NCBI GenBank assembly: GCA_965248755.1
Contig: OZ252149.1
Span: 3,616,001 to 3,680,000, forward strand
Direction: 5' to 3'
Source of the DNA: Candidatus Latescibacterota bacterium
Lineage (GTDB): Bacteria > Latescibacterota > CBDEFO01
Length of the DNA stretch: 64,000 nucleotides
Shown here one piece after another: positions 52,465 to 61,786 of this stretch (positions within the stretch are counted from its first letter, which is position 1; each line of letters begins with the position of its first letter). The translations under genes were made by a program, and so were the position numbers. The notes under the pieces were generated by a model that was not told the origin of the DNA, did no database searches, and worked only from the letters and a program-made list of their open reading frames with translations.

Positions 52465-52480
52465 TGGCACTGTACTTGCG
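52465..52480 (+). promoter_or_regulatory. Sigma54 -24/-12 promoter
   Basis: TGGCAC-TGTAC-TTGCG; divergent from the sigma54 activator, upstream of the CHRD gene. Confidence 0.8.
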
Positions 52481-52634
52481 AGTACTGAGTACTTCTGGTA
52501 TGCACGGTAAACTACAATCTGTAACCAGCGGCAGACAGAAGGGAGGTGATTAAGTCTATACCTGATCTGAAAGAACGTAGATAGAACTACAGATGTCAAA
52601 CGCTCATAAGCAGAAAAAGAAAAGGAGTGAAGTA

Positions 52635-53525
52635 ATGATAAAAACATTTTCAGTTTTGTCGTTGTCTGTAATGTGTGCTCTATTATCGCTTCAAGGCGTC
52701 GGTTATGCTCAGACTCACTTTACTGCCGTGGTGGATGTAGATCAGGAGGTTCCTGTTCCTGAAATTCCTGAGGGCCTCAATCCGACCGGAACAGGCTCGT
52801 TTACGCTCAATGACGACGAGACAGAGTTGACATTCCACATCACTGTCACAGACCTGAGCGGTCCAATGACCGCCGGCCATTTCCACATGGCTTCGGCGGG
52901 TGTGTCAGGTGGCGTCGTCCGCGGCTTTTCAGCGGATGAGGTCTCTGGAAACACCATATCCGGGGTCTGGAGCAGCGCAGACGCTGCGCCTCTTTTAGTG
53001 AATGAACTTCTGGCAGGTGATATCTACGTCAACATCCATACGGGCGATAATCCACCGGGTGAAATCAGAGGTCAGGTCCTGTCCACTACGGGCATCGGCT
53101 TCACAGCTATGGTGGATGTAGATCAGGCGGTTCCTGCTCCTGCAATTCCTGAGGGCCTCACTCCTACCGGGACAGGCTCGTTCACGCTTAACCCTGCACA
53201 GACAGAGTTGACGTTCCGCATCACTGTCACAGATCTGAGCGGTCCAATAACTGCTGCCCATTTCCACATGGCTCCGGCGGGTGAGGCAGGTGGCGTCGTC
53301 CGCGGTTTTTCAGCGGATGAGGTCTCTGGAAACACAATCTCTGGTGTCTGGAGCAGCACGGACGCTGCGCCTCTTTTAGTGGTTGAACTTCTGGCAGGTA
53401 CTATCTACGTGAACATCCATACAGGCGACAACCCACCGGGTGAGATCAGAGGACAGCTACTCGCCACTACCCCCACAGCAGTAGAACCTGCTACATGGGG
53501 TAAAATAAAGAGTTCTATTAAGTAA
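52635..53525 (+). CDS. Secreted tandem CHRD-domain protein with C-terminal AVEPATWGKIK motif
   Basis: Two copies of HFH...YVNIHT.DNPPGEIRGQ; signal peptide. Confidence 0.9.
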   Translation: MIKTFSVLSLSVMCALLSLQGVGYAQTHFTAVVDVDQEVPVPEIPEGLNPTGTGSFTLNDDETELTFHITVTDLSGPMTAGHFHMASAGVSGGVVRGFSADEVSGNTISGVWSSADAAPLLVNELLAGDIYVNIHTGDNPPGEIRGQVLSTTGIGFTAMVDVDQAVPAPAIPEGLTPTGTGSFTLNPAQTELTFRITVTDLSGPITAAHFHMAPAGEAGGVVRGFSADEVSGNTISGVWSSTDAAPLLVVELLAGTIYVNIHTGDNPPGEIRGQLLATTPTAVEPATWGKIKSSIK

Positions 53526-53548
53526 GTCTGCGCAACAGTGAGTAGCGG

Positions 53549-53589
53549 AAAGGGGCTGACCGGTTATTCCCGCCGGTCAGCCCCTTTTT
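53549..53589 (+). terminator. Rho-independent terminator
   Basis: AAAGGGGCTGACCGG-loop-CCGGTCAGCCCCTTTTT. Confidence 0.85.
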
Positions 53590-53717
53590 GGTTTATTCTC
53601 TGCAAAAAGGACTTGCTCTGCTCTCCACAAGAGACTATTTTAAAAGTTGACCCAATATTGCGTCTTCAAATCCGTGGGGAGTCGGTCGAAAAAGACAGGT
53701 TTATGAAAGGCAGGACG

Positions 53718-55622
53718 ATGTCGGAAAGTGGCGATGTGGAAGGTACAGATCTTCTTAGGAAAGTTGCTGAATCGCCTAAAGCTCAGGAACTCACGCCGGT
53801 TGCGCTTGAAAATCTTAAGCATTGGCTTGAGTCCGGAAGATTTCTGGAGTTCCACGACGATGACCTGCGTCTTTTGATCGAAGAGGAACAGTTCGCCGGT
53901 CTGAACGACCGCTTCCATACGATCATTCCGTTCGGGACAGGCGGGCGGCGGGGCCCTATGGGAGTGGGAACGAATCGCATCAATCCGCAGACTATCGGCG
54001 AGTCAGCCCAGGGACTTTCTGACTATCTGCTTTCCTTGAAGATAAAGAAAGGAGACGAACACTACAGGGCCGTAATAGCCTACGATGTCCGTCACCATTC
54101 AAAAGAGTTCGCCCAGATAGTTGCAGAGGTGCTGACCGCCAACGGCATCTTTGTCCATCTTTTTCCGGACTTTCGTTCGAGTCCCGAGCTGTCTTTTGCA
54201 GTCAGAGAACTGCACGCCGACGTCGGAATCGTAATCTCAGCGTCTCACAACCCTCCCGAAGACAATGGAATTAAGGTCTACTGGTCCGACGGAGGGCAGA
54301 TAGTCCCACCGCACGATGAAAAGATCATAGATGCGGTGTCAGATGTCCGAGAGATTAGGTGCGTCAGCATTTCGGAAGCTGAAGAACGCGGGCTCTTGAG
54401 CCAGCTTGGAGATGATATTGACCAGAAGTATCTGTCGGCTGTCTTGCGCGAGGCACTTACGCACCAAGGCGATGTGGGCATAGTCTATACGCCTCTTCAC
54501 GGAGTCGGTATTACTTCTACCGTGCCGGTGCTTCGTCGCCTCGGCTACGACAAAGACCTCTATATCGTCCCCGAACAGGCAGACCCCGACGGAGACTTTT
54601 CGGGAGTGGCTAACAGTAGGCCGAACCCTGAAGAGCCATCGTCTCTAGGATTAGCCATAGAGGAAGCCAAAAGGAGGAAGGCCGATATTGTGCTTGCCAA
54701 CGATCCTGACGCCGACCGGATGGCGTCGGCCGCGCCGATTCTGCCCCATAAAGATGAGTGGAAGATACTGGACGGCAACCAGATCGGCGCCCTATTGACC
54801 TATTTTATCCTGAGTCAGCAAAAGGGCTCAGGCGAGCTTCGCAAAGATGGCCTGATAGTCAAGACCCTGGTGACGACCGAGCTAATTTCGGACATATCCA
54901 GAAGTTTTGGAATCCAGGTCGAGGGCAATCTGCTTGTGGGGTTCAAACACATCGCCCAAGTCATAAGGGAACTTGACGACCCTGGACGCTTCATCTTCGG
55001 AACGGAGGAGAGCATCGGATTCTTAAAGGGGACGTATGCTCGCGATAAGGACGGAACTGTGGCGGCGATGCTGATGGTGGAGTTGACCGCACAGTTGAAA
55101 AAAGAGGGTAGGACCCCGCATCAACTTTTGGATGAAATCTACACGAAATACGGTTACTACGAAAACGCAGTGAAAAATATCTTCCTTGAGGGGGCAGAAG
55201 GTAACTATCTAATCTTGGAGGTGATGAAAAGATTACGCAGCGATCCCCCCAAGAAGATTGCCGGACTGAAGGTATGCCAGATCAGGGACTATCTGACCGG
55301 GAAAGCCTTTGATCCCGACTCAGGGAGGACACTTCGAACTATCGAAAAGCCAGAAGGTAATCTTTTGATCTTCAATCTCTCCCAAGACGGAAGGACAAGC
55401 CTTGCGGCTAGGCCATCAGGCACAGAGCCTAAAATCAAATACTATATCAGCGTCTATTCCCCTTCAGCAGTGGGGGCAAAAGAGGGTGATCTTTATAAGA
55501 TTAAGCAAGAGGCTCAAGTTCTATCCTCCATGATAATAGAAGAGATCACAGAGATCACGATGGATGTGGTCTGCCAGAGATCATCAGACTGTAGTAGCGG
55601 CAGATCCGCGTGTCTGCCCTGA
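53718..55622 (+). CDS. Phosphoglucomutase/phosphomannomutase
   Basis: FGTGGRRG; SASHNP; DPDADR; EESIG; RPSGTEPKIK. Confidence 0.93.
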   Translation: MSESGDVEGTDLLRKVAESPKAQELTPVALENLKHWLESGRFLEFHDDDLRLLIEEEQFAGLNDRFHTIIPFGTGGRRGPMGVGTNRINPQTIGESAQGLSDYLLSLKIKKGDEHYRAVIAYDVRHHSKEFAQIVAEVLTANGIFVHLFPDFRSSPELSFAVRELHADVGIVISASHNPPEDNGIKVYWSDGGQIVPPHDEKIIDAVSDVREIRCVSISEAEERGLLSQLGDDIDQKYLSAVLREALTHQGDVGIVYTPLHGVGITSTVPVLRRLGYDKDLYIVPEQADPDGDFSGVANSRPNPEEPSSLGLAIEEAKRRKADIVLANDPDADRMASAAPILPHKDEWKILDGNQIGALLTYFILSQQKGSGELRKDGLIVKTLVTTELISDISRSFGIQVEGNLLVGFKHIAQVIRELDDPGRFIFGTEESIGFLKGTYARDKDGTVAAMLMVELTAQLKKEGRTPHQLLDEIYTKYGYYENAVKNIFLEGAEGNYLILEVMKRLRSDPPKKIAGLKVCQIRDYLTGKAFDPDSGRTLRTIEKPEGNLLIFNLSQDGRTSLAARPSGTEPKIKYYISVYSPSAVGAKEGDLYKIKQEAQVLSSMIIEEITEITMDVVCQRSSDCSSGRSACLP

Positions 55623-55800
55623 AAATACTACGTTGAGACAAATTCTTACCTCCTGGCAAAGCTTGGACCTTACGTTCCCGAATAGGGCTTTTACGTCTCC
55701 GAATAGGGCTTTATAGAATTAAAATTATTGACTTCAGGTATATAATTCTTTTATATTGTAGCTATCGCGTCTATTTTCTCTTTAGACGCAGAATACGTCC

Positions 55801-56364
55801 ATGCGAATAATCTCCGGAAAAGTCAAAGGACACAGGCTGAAGGTGATTAGACGGAACTCTGTCCGTCCGACGAGCGACAGGGTCAGGGAATCCATCTTCA
55901 ACATCCTGGCAAGCAGAGTCCAGGACGCACAGGTGCTGGATCTCTTTGCCGGGACGGGTAGCTTAGGAATGGAGGCCCTTTCCAGAGGAGCCCACAGCGC
56001 CCTCTTTATAGATTCAAACGAAAGTTTAGTCAAAGTCATAAAAGAAAACCTTGGGAAACTCGGCTTTGAGGAAAGCTGCCAGGTCTGGAGAGCAAGCTGC
56101 TTCGGGGCGTTGGAAAAGATCTCCCAGTCGGATAGCAGGTTCGATCTGATATTCTCTGATCCGCCCTACAGAAAGGCTCTGACTGAGGTGGTGTTAAGAG
56201 CGTTAGACAGGTGGAACCTTCTGTCCGACGACGGCCTCATTGTGACCGAAACCTCCAAAGGGGAGGAACTCCCACAGAAGGCGTACAACTTCACAGCCTG
56301 TTCGGAGAGGGTCTACGGGGATACAAAAGTGGTATTTTGGGAAAAGCTATTATCATTTACTTAA
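55801..56364 (+). CDS. rsmD: 16S rRNA m2G966 methyltransferase
   Basis: MRIISG; RPTSDRVRES; LDLFAGTG; DPPY. Confidence 0.95.
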   Translation: MRIISGKVKGHRLKVIRRNSVRPTSDRVRESIFNILASRVQDAQVLDLFAGTGSLGMEALSRGAHSALFIDSNESLVKVIKENLGKLGFEESCQVWRASCFGALEKISQSDSRFDLIFSDPPYRKALTEVVLRALDRWNLLSDDGLIVTETSKGEELPQKAYNFTACSERVYGDTKVVFWEKLLSFT

Positions 56365-56379
56365 GAATAAGGAGGGAAT

Positions 56380-56880
56380 TTGGCAAAAGCTCTCTATCCG
56401 GGGACATTCGATCCTATAACCTATGGACATTTAGACGTAATCAAGCGCGCAATAGGGATCTTCGATCAGGTTATTGTGAGCGTAGCTTTAAGCGCTCGCA
56501 AAAGGCCGCTCTTCAGTGTGAACGAAAGAGTGGACATGATAGAACAGACGACCCAAAAGTGGGATCAGGTTTCGGTTGACATTTTCGACACCCTCCTTGT
56601 AGATTACGCAAAGGAAAAGGGAGTCGAGATAATAATACGGGGGTTAAGAGTCGTCACGGAATTTGAGTACGAGTTTCAAATGGCTCTGATTAACAGGAAA
56701 CTCTATCCCAAATTCGAGAGCATCTTTCTGATGCCGAGTGCGGAGTACACCTATTTGAGTTCCATGGTGGTGCGCGAGGTGGCAGAATTCGGCGGAGACG
56801 TGAGCAATTTCGTGCCGCCCTACATCGAAAGCAAGCTAAAAGAGAAGTTCGGCACAGATCCGATGTCGGACCCCACTTGA
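56380..56880 (+). CDS. coaD: Phosphopantetheine adenylyltransferase
   Basis: YPGTFDPITYGH; RGLR; LSSMVVRE. Confidence 0.96.
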   Translation: MAKALYPGTFDPITYGHLDVIKRAIGIFDQVIVSVALSARKRPLFSVNERVDMIEQTTQKWDQVSVDIFDTLLVDYAKEKGVEIIIRGLRVVTEFEYEFQMALINRKLYPKFESIFLMPSAEYTYLSSMVVREVAEFGGDVSNFVPPYIESKLKEKFGTDPMSDPT

Positions 56881-56907
56881 TGGGGGGACAGAACCAGGAG
56901 AAATAAG

Positions 56908-58545
56908 ATGACGAGAGCCGATCACAAAAAGATAGCCGAATTTATAAAACCTCCGCTGATGATGCTAATTATGCAGGATTCTTTAAGCCATAAAGCTATT
57001 GTAAAACTGTGTAATCTGTGTTCTCTTTCCTACGATGGGACCCGCACACAATCTATATCTACGGAAAATCTTATTATAGATCTTGTGGATGAGTTCTACG
57101 AAGATGAAGAAAACGCAAAGACTATTACAAAGGTTTTGGAAAAGGCTAACTCCAATACAGTGAGACAGGTAAACAGAACGTCAATTGACAAACTTGCAGA
57201 TCGTATGATGGAGAGCCCTAATCATAATATTGGAAGAGACCTCTTCGCCCTGGCAGTAGACGACCGTCCTGAGGCGAACGAACTCATAGACAACCTTGCA
57301 GAAGCTCTGCTCAAGGATGAACTCTTCAAGGAAATAGACGAGTCTATAGAGGATAACGATCTTGAGGGTGAGGATGTCCTGTTGGACAGACGCGAAAGGG
57401 AAAAGAACTTCTCCAAGGAGATAGATAAACTCCGCTCCCGGTTGGGAGATCTGCAGAGAAAGAACTCCGATTTGGAGAAAATGACAGCCCAATTCTCACA
57501 GGAGAGACGTGCGCTAAAAGGGAAGATAACCGACCTACAGAGAGAGCTTAATGCCTGCCTGAAGCGGGAAGCGGCCCTCAAGAGTGAGCACGCCAATCTC
57601 AAAGAGAAATTGGACGATTCTGTAACTAGTGAAGAGAAATCTTACTCTTCGTTGCCTCTTAACCAGGTGACCAAAGATATCAGGAAGATTCAGTACAGTT
57701 TGGAAAGAATGAATCGGAACGAGAATGTAAAGAGCGACGTCCCCAATCGCTTCGTAGAGGCTGTGGGACAGAGCATATCCCAGATCAAGAAGCTCTTATC
57801 TGAAAATGTCGCCCAGGGCAAAACCTACAAGGCTGAAGTAAAGAAGTACATAGACGATATCAGATCAGACCTTCAGGTCTTCCAGTCCGAAAACAGAAAG
57901 CTGATAGGAGCAGGGGAGAGTGGGTCTGCAAGGCCTAAAGGCGATGTCGACAGGATCGGTGTCTTCGTGGATGTTCAGAACATATTCTACGCGGCAAAAC
58001 AGTTCAACTCGAGGCTCGACTTTGAAAAGCTCCTCACGACAGTCAGCGATAACAGGAGGCTGATAAGGGCTATAGCCTACGTCGTCCAATCCCCTGAAGT
58101 AGATCAAAGCGGCTTTATCACAATGCTCCAGCAGAAAAACTACCAGGTCAAGCGCAAAGACCTGAGGCTCAGAAGTGATGGCTCGGCCAAAGGGGACTGG
58201 GATATGGGTATGGCCATAGATGTTATAAGCCTTGTGGACAAGCTGGATGTGGTAGTTCTAGTCAGCGGCGACGGCGACTTTGTGTCTTTGATCAACCTGG
58301 TCAAGACAATAGGCCCGAAGGTGGAGATCTACTCCTTCCAGCACAATACTGCCAGGGACCTGATTCAAGCGGCAGATGAATACTATCCAATAGAAGAGGG
58401 CCTCTTGCTCAGAATCGACACAGGTGGGGTGCCTGCTGCGAATGCTCCGACCGCTGTGAGTGGGACACCTAGGGCAAGTAGTGACTCCGTCAGCGCTGAG
58501 GTTGAATCTTCAGAGAGCCTCGATGAGAGCCAGATAGGACCGTAG
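56908..58545 (+). CDS. Coiled-coil protein with C-terminal NYN (LabA/DUF88) domain
   Basis: VFVDVQN; KGDWDMGMAID; SGDGDF. Confidence 0.88.
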   Translation: MTRADHKKIAEFIKPPLMMLIMQDSLSHKAIVKLCNLCSLSYDGTRTQSISTENLIIDLVDEFYEDEENAKTITKVLEKANSNTVRQVNRTSIDKLADRMMESPNHNIGRDLFALAVDDRPEANELIDNLAEALLKDELFKEIDESIEDNDLEGEDVLLDRREREKNFSKEIDKLRSRLGDLQRKNSDLEKMTAQFSQERRALKGKITDLQRELNACLKREAALKSEHANLKEKLDDSVTSEEKSYSSLPLNQVTKDIRKIQYSLERMNRNENVKSDVPNRFVEAVGQSISQIKKLLSENVAQGKTYKAEVKKYIDDIRSDLQVFQSENRKLIGAGESGSARPKGDVDRIGVFVDVQNIFYAAKQFNSRLDFEKLLTTVSDNRRLIRAIAYVVQSPEVDQSGFITMLQQKNYQVKRKDLRLRSDGSAKGDWDMGMAIDVISLVDKLDVVVLVSGDGDFVSLINLVKTIGPKVEIYSFQHNTARDLIQAADEYYPIEEGLLLRIDTGGVPAANAPTAVSGTPRASSDSVSAEVESSESLDESQIGP

Positions 58546-58560
58546 CGGATTGTGAACCTG

Positions 58561-59313
58561 CTATTCCCAGCCTTGATTTTCAAGTAGCTGTTCCTCTGGC
58601 ACGTCCCCACACACATAGGCGGGACATCCCATAGCTACCTTACGGGGAGGCACATCCTTTGTGACTACCGATCCTGCCGCAACAAGGGCGTCTTCCCCTA
58701 TCACCTTTCCGGGGAGTATGACCGCTCCTGCCCCTATTCTTCCCCCCCTTTTAACTGTTACACCCTTGATGTGTCTTAGTCTCTCCTGGGTCCTTCCCAC
58801 AAAGTTGTCGTTGGTGGTCGTAACCTGCGGCGACACAAATACGAAGTCCTCAAGCGTGGAGTAGGCCGTGATATAACATTCGGTCTCCAATTTGCACTTT
58901 ACTCCGACACTACAATAGTTCTCGACAGTCACACCTCTGCCGATGATAGTCAGATCGCCTATCTGGGTATTTTCTCTGACAGTGGCCAGATCTGCCACGA
59001 GCACCTTCTCCCCGACTGTGGTCCCCATATAGACGCAGGCGAAAGTGCCTATTATAGAGCCGTTTCCGATCTTTGCGGGCGCAAGGTGCTTCTCCTGTTT
59101 AAGTATGCTCCGCGCAGCCCTGAAAGGGCGCTTTCCTATGACTGCGTGATCGTCTATTCTGACGCCGTCCCCTATGATCGCATCGGGATGTATGACGACA
59201 TGGTGGCCGATCCTGCAGTCCTTGCCCACCACAGCGCCGTCACAGATTACGGCGTAGTGTCCAGCTTGTGTATCCTCTCCGACTTGAGCTTTGTCTCCGA
59301 TGAAGGCTTTCAC
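58561..59313 (-). CDS. Hexapeptide-repeat N-acetyltransferase (DapH/WxcM-like)
   Basis: Left-handed beta-helix repeats; IGAGAVILPG. Confidence 0.88.
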   Translation of the reverse strand: MKAFIGDKAQVGEDTQAGHYAVICDGAVVGKDCRIGHHVVIHPDAIIGDGVRIDDHAVIGKRPFRAARSILKQEKHLAPAKIGNGSIIGTFACVYMGTTVGEKVLVADLATVRENTQIGDLTIIGRGVTVENYCSVGVKCKLETECYITAYSTLEDFVFVSPQVTTTNDNFVGRTQERLRHIKGVTVKRGGRIGAGAVILPGKVIGEDALVAAGSVVTKDVPPRKVAMGCPAYVCGDVPEEQLLENQGWE

Positions 59314-59516
59314 AGAGTTCCCCTTTGCTCTTTACCCAAAGAGTTCTTCGATAGCCCTTTAACGGCGGGCCAAATGAGATTACTTTGCCCAGTTTGTGCC
59401 TTGTCCCCGAATGAGTCTATCGCGGGAATCGGGGGCTTGCTTTCTCCCCAGAAAGCGGCCGCGCAGCCCTCTATGACAAAGGCAATCTCACCTGACTACT
59501 GCATACTTGTTTACGG

Positions 59517-60455
59517 CTATTGTCTGAACAGGTTGTGAAGGTGCTCAAGCTCAGCATCTGTAGGAAGTTGGGCGTCAGAGGCGCCGAGGTTCTCCTCTAC
59601 CTGCTCCTCGGTCTTGCTGCCGGGGATTACCACAGATACAGCTTTTTGCGCTAAGACGAAGTTCAAAATCCACTGTGTAAGGCTCCTTTTACTCGGCGAC
59701 AGATATTCCTTCAGAGAATCGGCTACCTGGACTCTGCTACCGATCATTTGGGAAGGCCAATTGCACCTGATGTCGCCCTCTTCGAACCTGGAACGGGCTG
59801 TGTACTTGCCAGTCAAGAACCCGTTGGCAAGCGGCTCTCTGGCGACTATGCCGATGTTATTCTGAAGGGCAAGGGGGAAGAGTTCCTCTGCGGCTCCCTG
59901 GGAGAATATGTTATAGACAACCTGAATTGCGTCAGCTTTCCCGATCTTGATAGCTTCTATTCCCTCGACCGGTTCAAAGATTGAGACGCCTATGAATCTG
60001 ATCTTGCCGTCGTCCTTGAGCTTTTCCATAGTGTCGAAGACGGAGCCATCTTTGATCATATCCAGCGTCGGATTATGGAGCTGATAGAGGTCTATGTAGT
60101 CGGTCTCAAGCCTACTGAGACTCTGATCTACGGCAAAGGCTATGTACTCCGGGGAGAAGTTGATCCCCGGCGTGGGAGCGTAGAAATCCCCCCCGACCTT
60201 TGTGGCGATGTAAAGATCCTGCCTGTTCCTCTTGAGAGTCTGTCCCAAGATGATTTCACTCCTGCCGTGTCCGTAGACATCTGCGGTGTCGAAGAAGTTA
60301 CAACCTAAGTCGAGGGCCTTCCGTATAGCTCTTATGGATTCCTGGTCGTCAGTAGAGCCGTAGCTGTTGCCGAACTCGTTGCCGCCTATCGCCCACCCCC
60401 CGAAGCCTATCTCGGAGACTTCCAGACCGGTCCTTCCAAGTACCCTGTACTTCAT
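59517..60455 (-). CDS. Aldo/keto reductase
   Basis: FFDTADVYG; IATKVG; IDLYQLH; VIPG. Confidence 0.93.
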   Translation of the reverse strand: MKYRVLGRTGLEVSEIGFGGWAIGGNEFGNSYGSTDDQESIRAIRKALDLGCNFFDTADVYGHGRSEIILGQTLKRNRQDLYIATKVGGDFYAPTPGINFSPEYIAFAVDQSLSRLETDYIDLYQLHNPTLDMIKDGSVFDTMEKLKDDGKIRFIGVSIFEPVEGIEAIKIGKADAIQVVYNIFSQGAAEELFPLALQNNIGIVAREPLANGFLTGKYTARSRFEEGDIRCNWPSQMIGSRVQVADSLKEYLSPSKRSLTQWILNFVLAQKAVSVVIPGSKTEEQVEENLGASDAQLPTDAELEHLHNLFRQ

Positions 60456-60467
60456 GATCTTATTCCT

Positions 60468-60893
60468 TTACGATGAATCCTTGCCCTCTGCCGGCCTCAG
60501 GGCTTCATCCACGCCGAAGCGTCTCTTAATTGTTATCAAAGCCACTACAATGGCTATAACTATGACGACAATCAGGGTTACGGTCAAAGGGACGTTGATC
60601 ACAGATTTCTGCATCTTTGTGATGTCCTCAAGCGCTATCGTGAGACTGAAGAAGTCAGGCTTCGGGGGATCTGACCCCGGCACCATTTTGGTGTAGCCCA
60701 TAAGGAGAACTTTCTCGGTTATCTTGCCTATTGTGCCCTCTATTACAGTTCTGTCTTTAAGCTCAATCGTGATATGGTTATCCTCCTCGGAGTTCTGGGC
60801 GTAAGGCTGAGACACGTCTACCTGTTTCGAGCATCCAATCCCGACGATAAGGAGAAAAGACAACATCAAAATTGATATCCCGCGGCTGGACAT
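60468..60893 (-). CDS. Hypothetical lipoprotein with C-terminal TM helix
   Basis: Lipobox VGIGC; GGAGG RBS. Confidence 0.65.
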   Translation of the reverse strand: MSSRGISILMLSFLLIVGIGCSKQVDVSQPYAQNSEEDNHITIELKDRTVIEGTIGKITEKVLLMGYTKMVPGSDPPKPDFFSLTIALEDITKMQKSVINVPLTVTLIVVIVIAIVVALITIKRRFGVDEALRPAEGKDSS

Positions 60894-61064
60894 TTGGCCC
60901 TCCCTTGTGAATTGTGAAAGATGGCTATTTTCTAAACAGTTATCTGTCCTGTCCTTTTCACAACTATTCAAATATATTCACCAATTACAATAACTAAGTT
61001 AAAATAGACATTTCCTTGCTTCTTATGCAAATAGTACTTTGAACCCCCGATTATGTTGCCGAAC
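60891..61064 (-). repeat. ~170-bp leader, copy 1 (direct repeat of 61534-61708)
   Basis: Near-identical sequence from the attC R' box to the start codon. Confidence 0.9.
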
Positions 61065-61115
61065 GCTCAGCATCACCTGCGAGCGGAGCGAGTCAGGTGC
61101 ATGCCGTTGTTAGAC
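61058..61115 (-). other. Integron attC site (58 bp)
   Basis: GTCTAAC-AACGG-CATGCACCTG ... CAGGTGATG-CTGAGC-GTTCGGC with an extrahelical G. Confidence 0.8.
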
Positions 61116-61124
61116 GATAGAGCT

Positions 61125-61336
61125 TCATAGCAATTCACGAAATTCTTCTTCTGACAAACCGGCATCATGCACAATACCTCCCATAGTATAGGAATTCACC
61201 GGATTGTGCCGCGGAATAGTGAGAATACGCACACCGTCACTCATCACGATGTGCTTACCCTGTCGAACGACACGAAAATCGGCCTTTCCAATGCCCGAAC
61301 GGCATTTTGATGATTGATACCTGGTATCTTTGGCGC
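61125..61336 (-). pseudogene. hicA: HicA toxin with lost start codon and a frameshift
   Basis: (GCG)PKIPGINHQNAVRALE / ADFRVVRQGKHIVMSDGVRILTIPRHNPVNSYTMGGIVHDAGL. Confidence 0.85.
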
Positions 61337-61338
61337 GC

Positions 61339-61536
61339 TCAGCCTACAACTTCGATTTCACGTATTACTGCATCCTCAAGCAGTTCATCACGAGCAGCGA
61401 GGTACTCACGGATCGCATTCTGGATATTCTCCAAAGCCTCTTCTTCTGTTACCCCTTGAGACCAACAACCTGGAAGCCCCGGTACGGAGACGCTGAAACC
61501 TTCTTCTGTTTCCTGAATTGCAATCTTGTATTCCAT
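61339..61536 (-). CDS. hicB: HicB-family antitoxin
   Basis: FSVSVPGLPGCWSQGVTEEEALENIQNAIREYL. Confidence 0.9.
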   Translation of the reverse strand: MEYKIAIQETEEGFSVSVPGLPGCWSQGVTEEEALENIQNAIREYLAARDELLEDAVIREIEVVG

Positions 61537-61708
61537 CTGGCTCTCTCCAGTGAACCGTGAAAGACGGCTATTTTTATGAACAGTTATCTGTCCTGTCCTT
61601 TTCACAACTATCTAAATATATTCACCAATTACAATAACTAAGTTAAAATAGATATTTCCTTGCTTCTTATGCAAATAGTACTTTGAACCCCCGATTATGT
61701 TGCCGAAA
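61534..61708 (-). repeat. ~170-bp leader, copy 2
   Basis: Direct repeat of 60891-61064. Confidence 0.9.
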
Positions 61709-61785
61709 GACAGGATCAGCCGACCGATTCCGCAGAGTGTAGCGGAACCGCGCGGTTTTGGGTCGGCTGGATGCTACTGTTAGAA
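61702..61785 (-). other. Integron attC-like site (84 bp) directly after the RT stop
   Basis: TTCTAAC-AGTAG-CATCCAGCCGACC ... GGTCGGCTGATC-CTGTC-TTTCGGC (R' degenerate). Confidence 0.7.
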
Positions 61786-61786
61786 A

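Noticed and set aside
61030..61062. TTATGTTG as the XerD arm of a dif/pdif site
   Set aside because: No convincing XerC arm at 6-bp spacing; the attC boundary explains the position better.
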